A stretch of DNA of 64,000 bases from Octopus bimaculoides (lineage: Eukaryota). The position numbers and the translations under genes were made by a program. The stretch lies in NCBI RefSeq assembly GCF_001194135.2, contig NC_068994.1, positions 20,477,849-20,541,848 on the forward strand, in the 5' to 3' direction. The notes below the pieces were generated by a model. That model was not told the DNA's origin and searched no databases. It was given only the letters and a program-made list of their open reading frames with translations. Shown one piece after another: positions 62,606 through 64,000 of this stretch. Position 1 is the stretch's first letter, and every line of letters begins with the position of its first letter.

Positions 62606-63590
62606 CTGATATATTAGCAGTCAAGTAAATAATATTTTATATAGACAAGAAACTTCAGATGTATAAGATGAGATATGGAAGCTGTAATGTTCATATCTTT
62701 CTCAAGAATCATTAGCAATAAAAATGATGTGGCCCCTAACTTCAAAACTGGAGTGAAGAACAAAATATTATTTCTTTTATTTAGTCATAAATTCCATCTT
62801 TATCTGTATAATGCAATGTATAAAACTGTCAAGGTAACTGAGTGCTGAATTACTGGTTAAAAGACAAGCTGCTTCTTTTACCAACATACCAAATTAATCA
62901 CTGACAGAATTTGGTAACATCCATGATCCTTAATGTAAATATGATGAGTCAAATGTTTGCCTTTTTTGTATCATAAGTAATCAGTGATGTTTGATACCTC
63001 TTCTCACTTTAGAGGAGATGATAACTGTAACATAATTGTGTCAAAGGTATTTGCAATGTAAGTGAACTGAAATTAAATAGCAACAAGGACTGAAAACCAA
63101 AGAATATTTTTTTTGTCATTTTCCAGTTAATTTTCACCATTGTTTCAAAACCAGTTTTACAACTTTAATATTTTGATATTTTACCCCATCTTCTAGCAAG
63201 CATTGTAACATTGGCTGGTAAGCTCCAAGCATACTGAGTCAGTGACCCATATTCAATTCCATTGTTCATGTCTTTTTACAAAGGCATCAACATCAAGAAC
63301 TAAATTCCTTTCTAATAACATCGAAAGGGCTAATGATCTTTTAGATATCTGTAATCACAAAACATCATATTATAGACTATTTATAATCCAACATCATATA
63401 AATCTGCTTCACTCCATATGAATTTATGAGAATATTTTATCAATGTTTGAAGTCTGATAGTAGTCATTCATCTAAAGTTAGCAATTTCTCATTGCTGGTA
63501 TCAATGGCAGCTCTAGTCCTGAGAAGATTAAAGATGAAAAAAAATTTGCTTTGCATAACGTTACTCCTTATGAAGGAAATTTAAGGATAC
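62606..63590 (-). other. HPS1: U12-type (minor spliceosome) intron, GT-AG subtype, in HPS1
   Basis: Donor GTATCCTTAA at 63590-63581; branch-site-like TTTACTTGAC at 62629-62620 followed by 14 nt to the intron end; no polypyrimidine tract. Confidence 0.85.
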
Positions 63591-63782
63591 GAAGTAATGG
63601 CAATGTTTCTTTCTGCTTTCACAATCAGATAGTCTTTATAATCAACTAATTCTTTAAAAATCCGCTGTTTACAGAAAAACAAAATTTCTTGCATGGCTGT
63701 ACTAACAACACTTTTCTGGATAAACATATGGAGAAAGAGGTCTTTTAAGCTGTCACACATTGCAGACAAAGAATTGAGTATT
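63591..63782 (-). CDS. HPS1: HPS1 192-nt internal exon (ILNSLSAMCDSLK...ELVDYKDYLIVKAERNIAIT-S); upstream exons lie right of the window
   Basis: ttttttttctctag|A ATA CTC...ACT TC|gtatcc; matches the HPS1 [21 protein letters not shown] segment. Confidence 0.9.
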
Positions 63783-64000
63783 CTAGAGAAAAAAAAGTAA
63801 AAGAATTATATATATAAATATATATGTATACGTGTGTGTGTGTTTTAATCAAAATACAATATGACAGATCCATTACAGCGGTTCTCACTGATCAGTTTTG
63901 CACTGGATATTAGGTCACCATATAGTTATCTAACAACTGTGCCCATCAGAGATAATAGGTGGGAAAAAAATATCCAGAGCAAAACTAATATTCTTAGACA

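Noticed and set aside
63464-63518. Alternative short terminal exon (STRAAIDTSNEKLLTLDE*) after a 72-nt U12-like intron with a TCTTTAAT pseudo-branch site
   Set aside because: The exon at 62467-62605 continues clear HPS1 homology in the right phase; this one has no homology. At most a cryptic acceptor.

Overview
AT-rich, repeat-dense metazoan draft scaffold with several N gaps. The SINE, RTE and microsatellite content looks like an octopus genome (inference). Three spliced genes can be reconstructed by eye. (1) SNRPG/SmG, minus strand: first two coding exons at 11907-11938 and 4989-5011; the rest lies left of the window. (2) NFYA, plus strand, complete: probable 5' exon ending at 13386 and five coding exons at 30224-38291 (307 aa), head-to-head with SNRPG. 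(3) The 3' part of HPS1, minus strand: five exons at 54785-63782, including a GT-AG U12-type intron. The rest is mostly transposon debris: RTE LINEs, Penelope-like elements, Gypsy LTR elements (one with both LTRs and a TSD, with a Tc1 nested in its LTR), Tc1/mariner, hAT, piggyBac-like MITEs, Helitron/Helentron ends and many tRNA-SINEs. Most notable signals: two apparently intact Penelope-type hammerhead ribozymes lying sense in NFYA introns, each tied to a fold-back inversion junction; a tRNA-headed SINE carrying a CpG-decayed hammerhead; non-canonical residues in the NF-YA CCAAT-recognition motif; a uORF whose stop overlaps an in-frame ATG; and a long intronic palindrome in HPS1.
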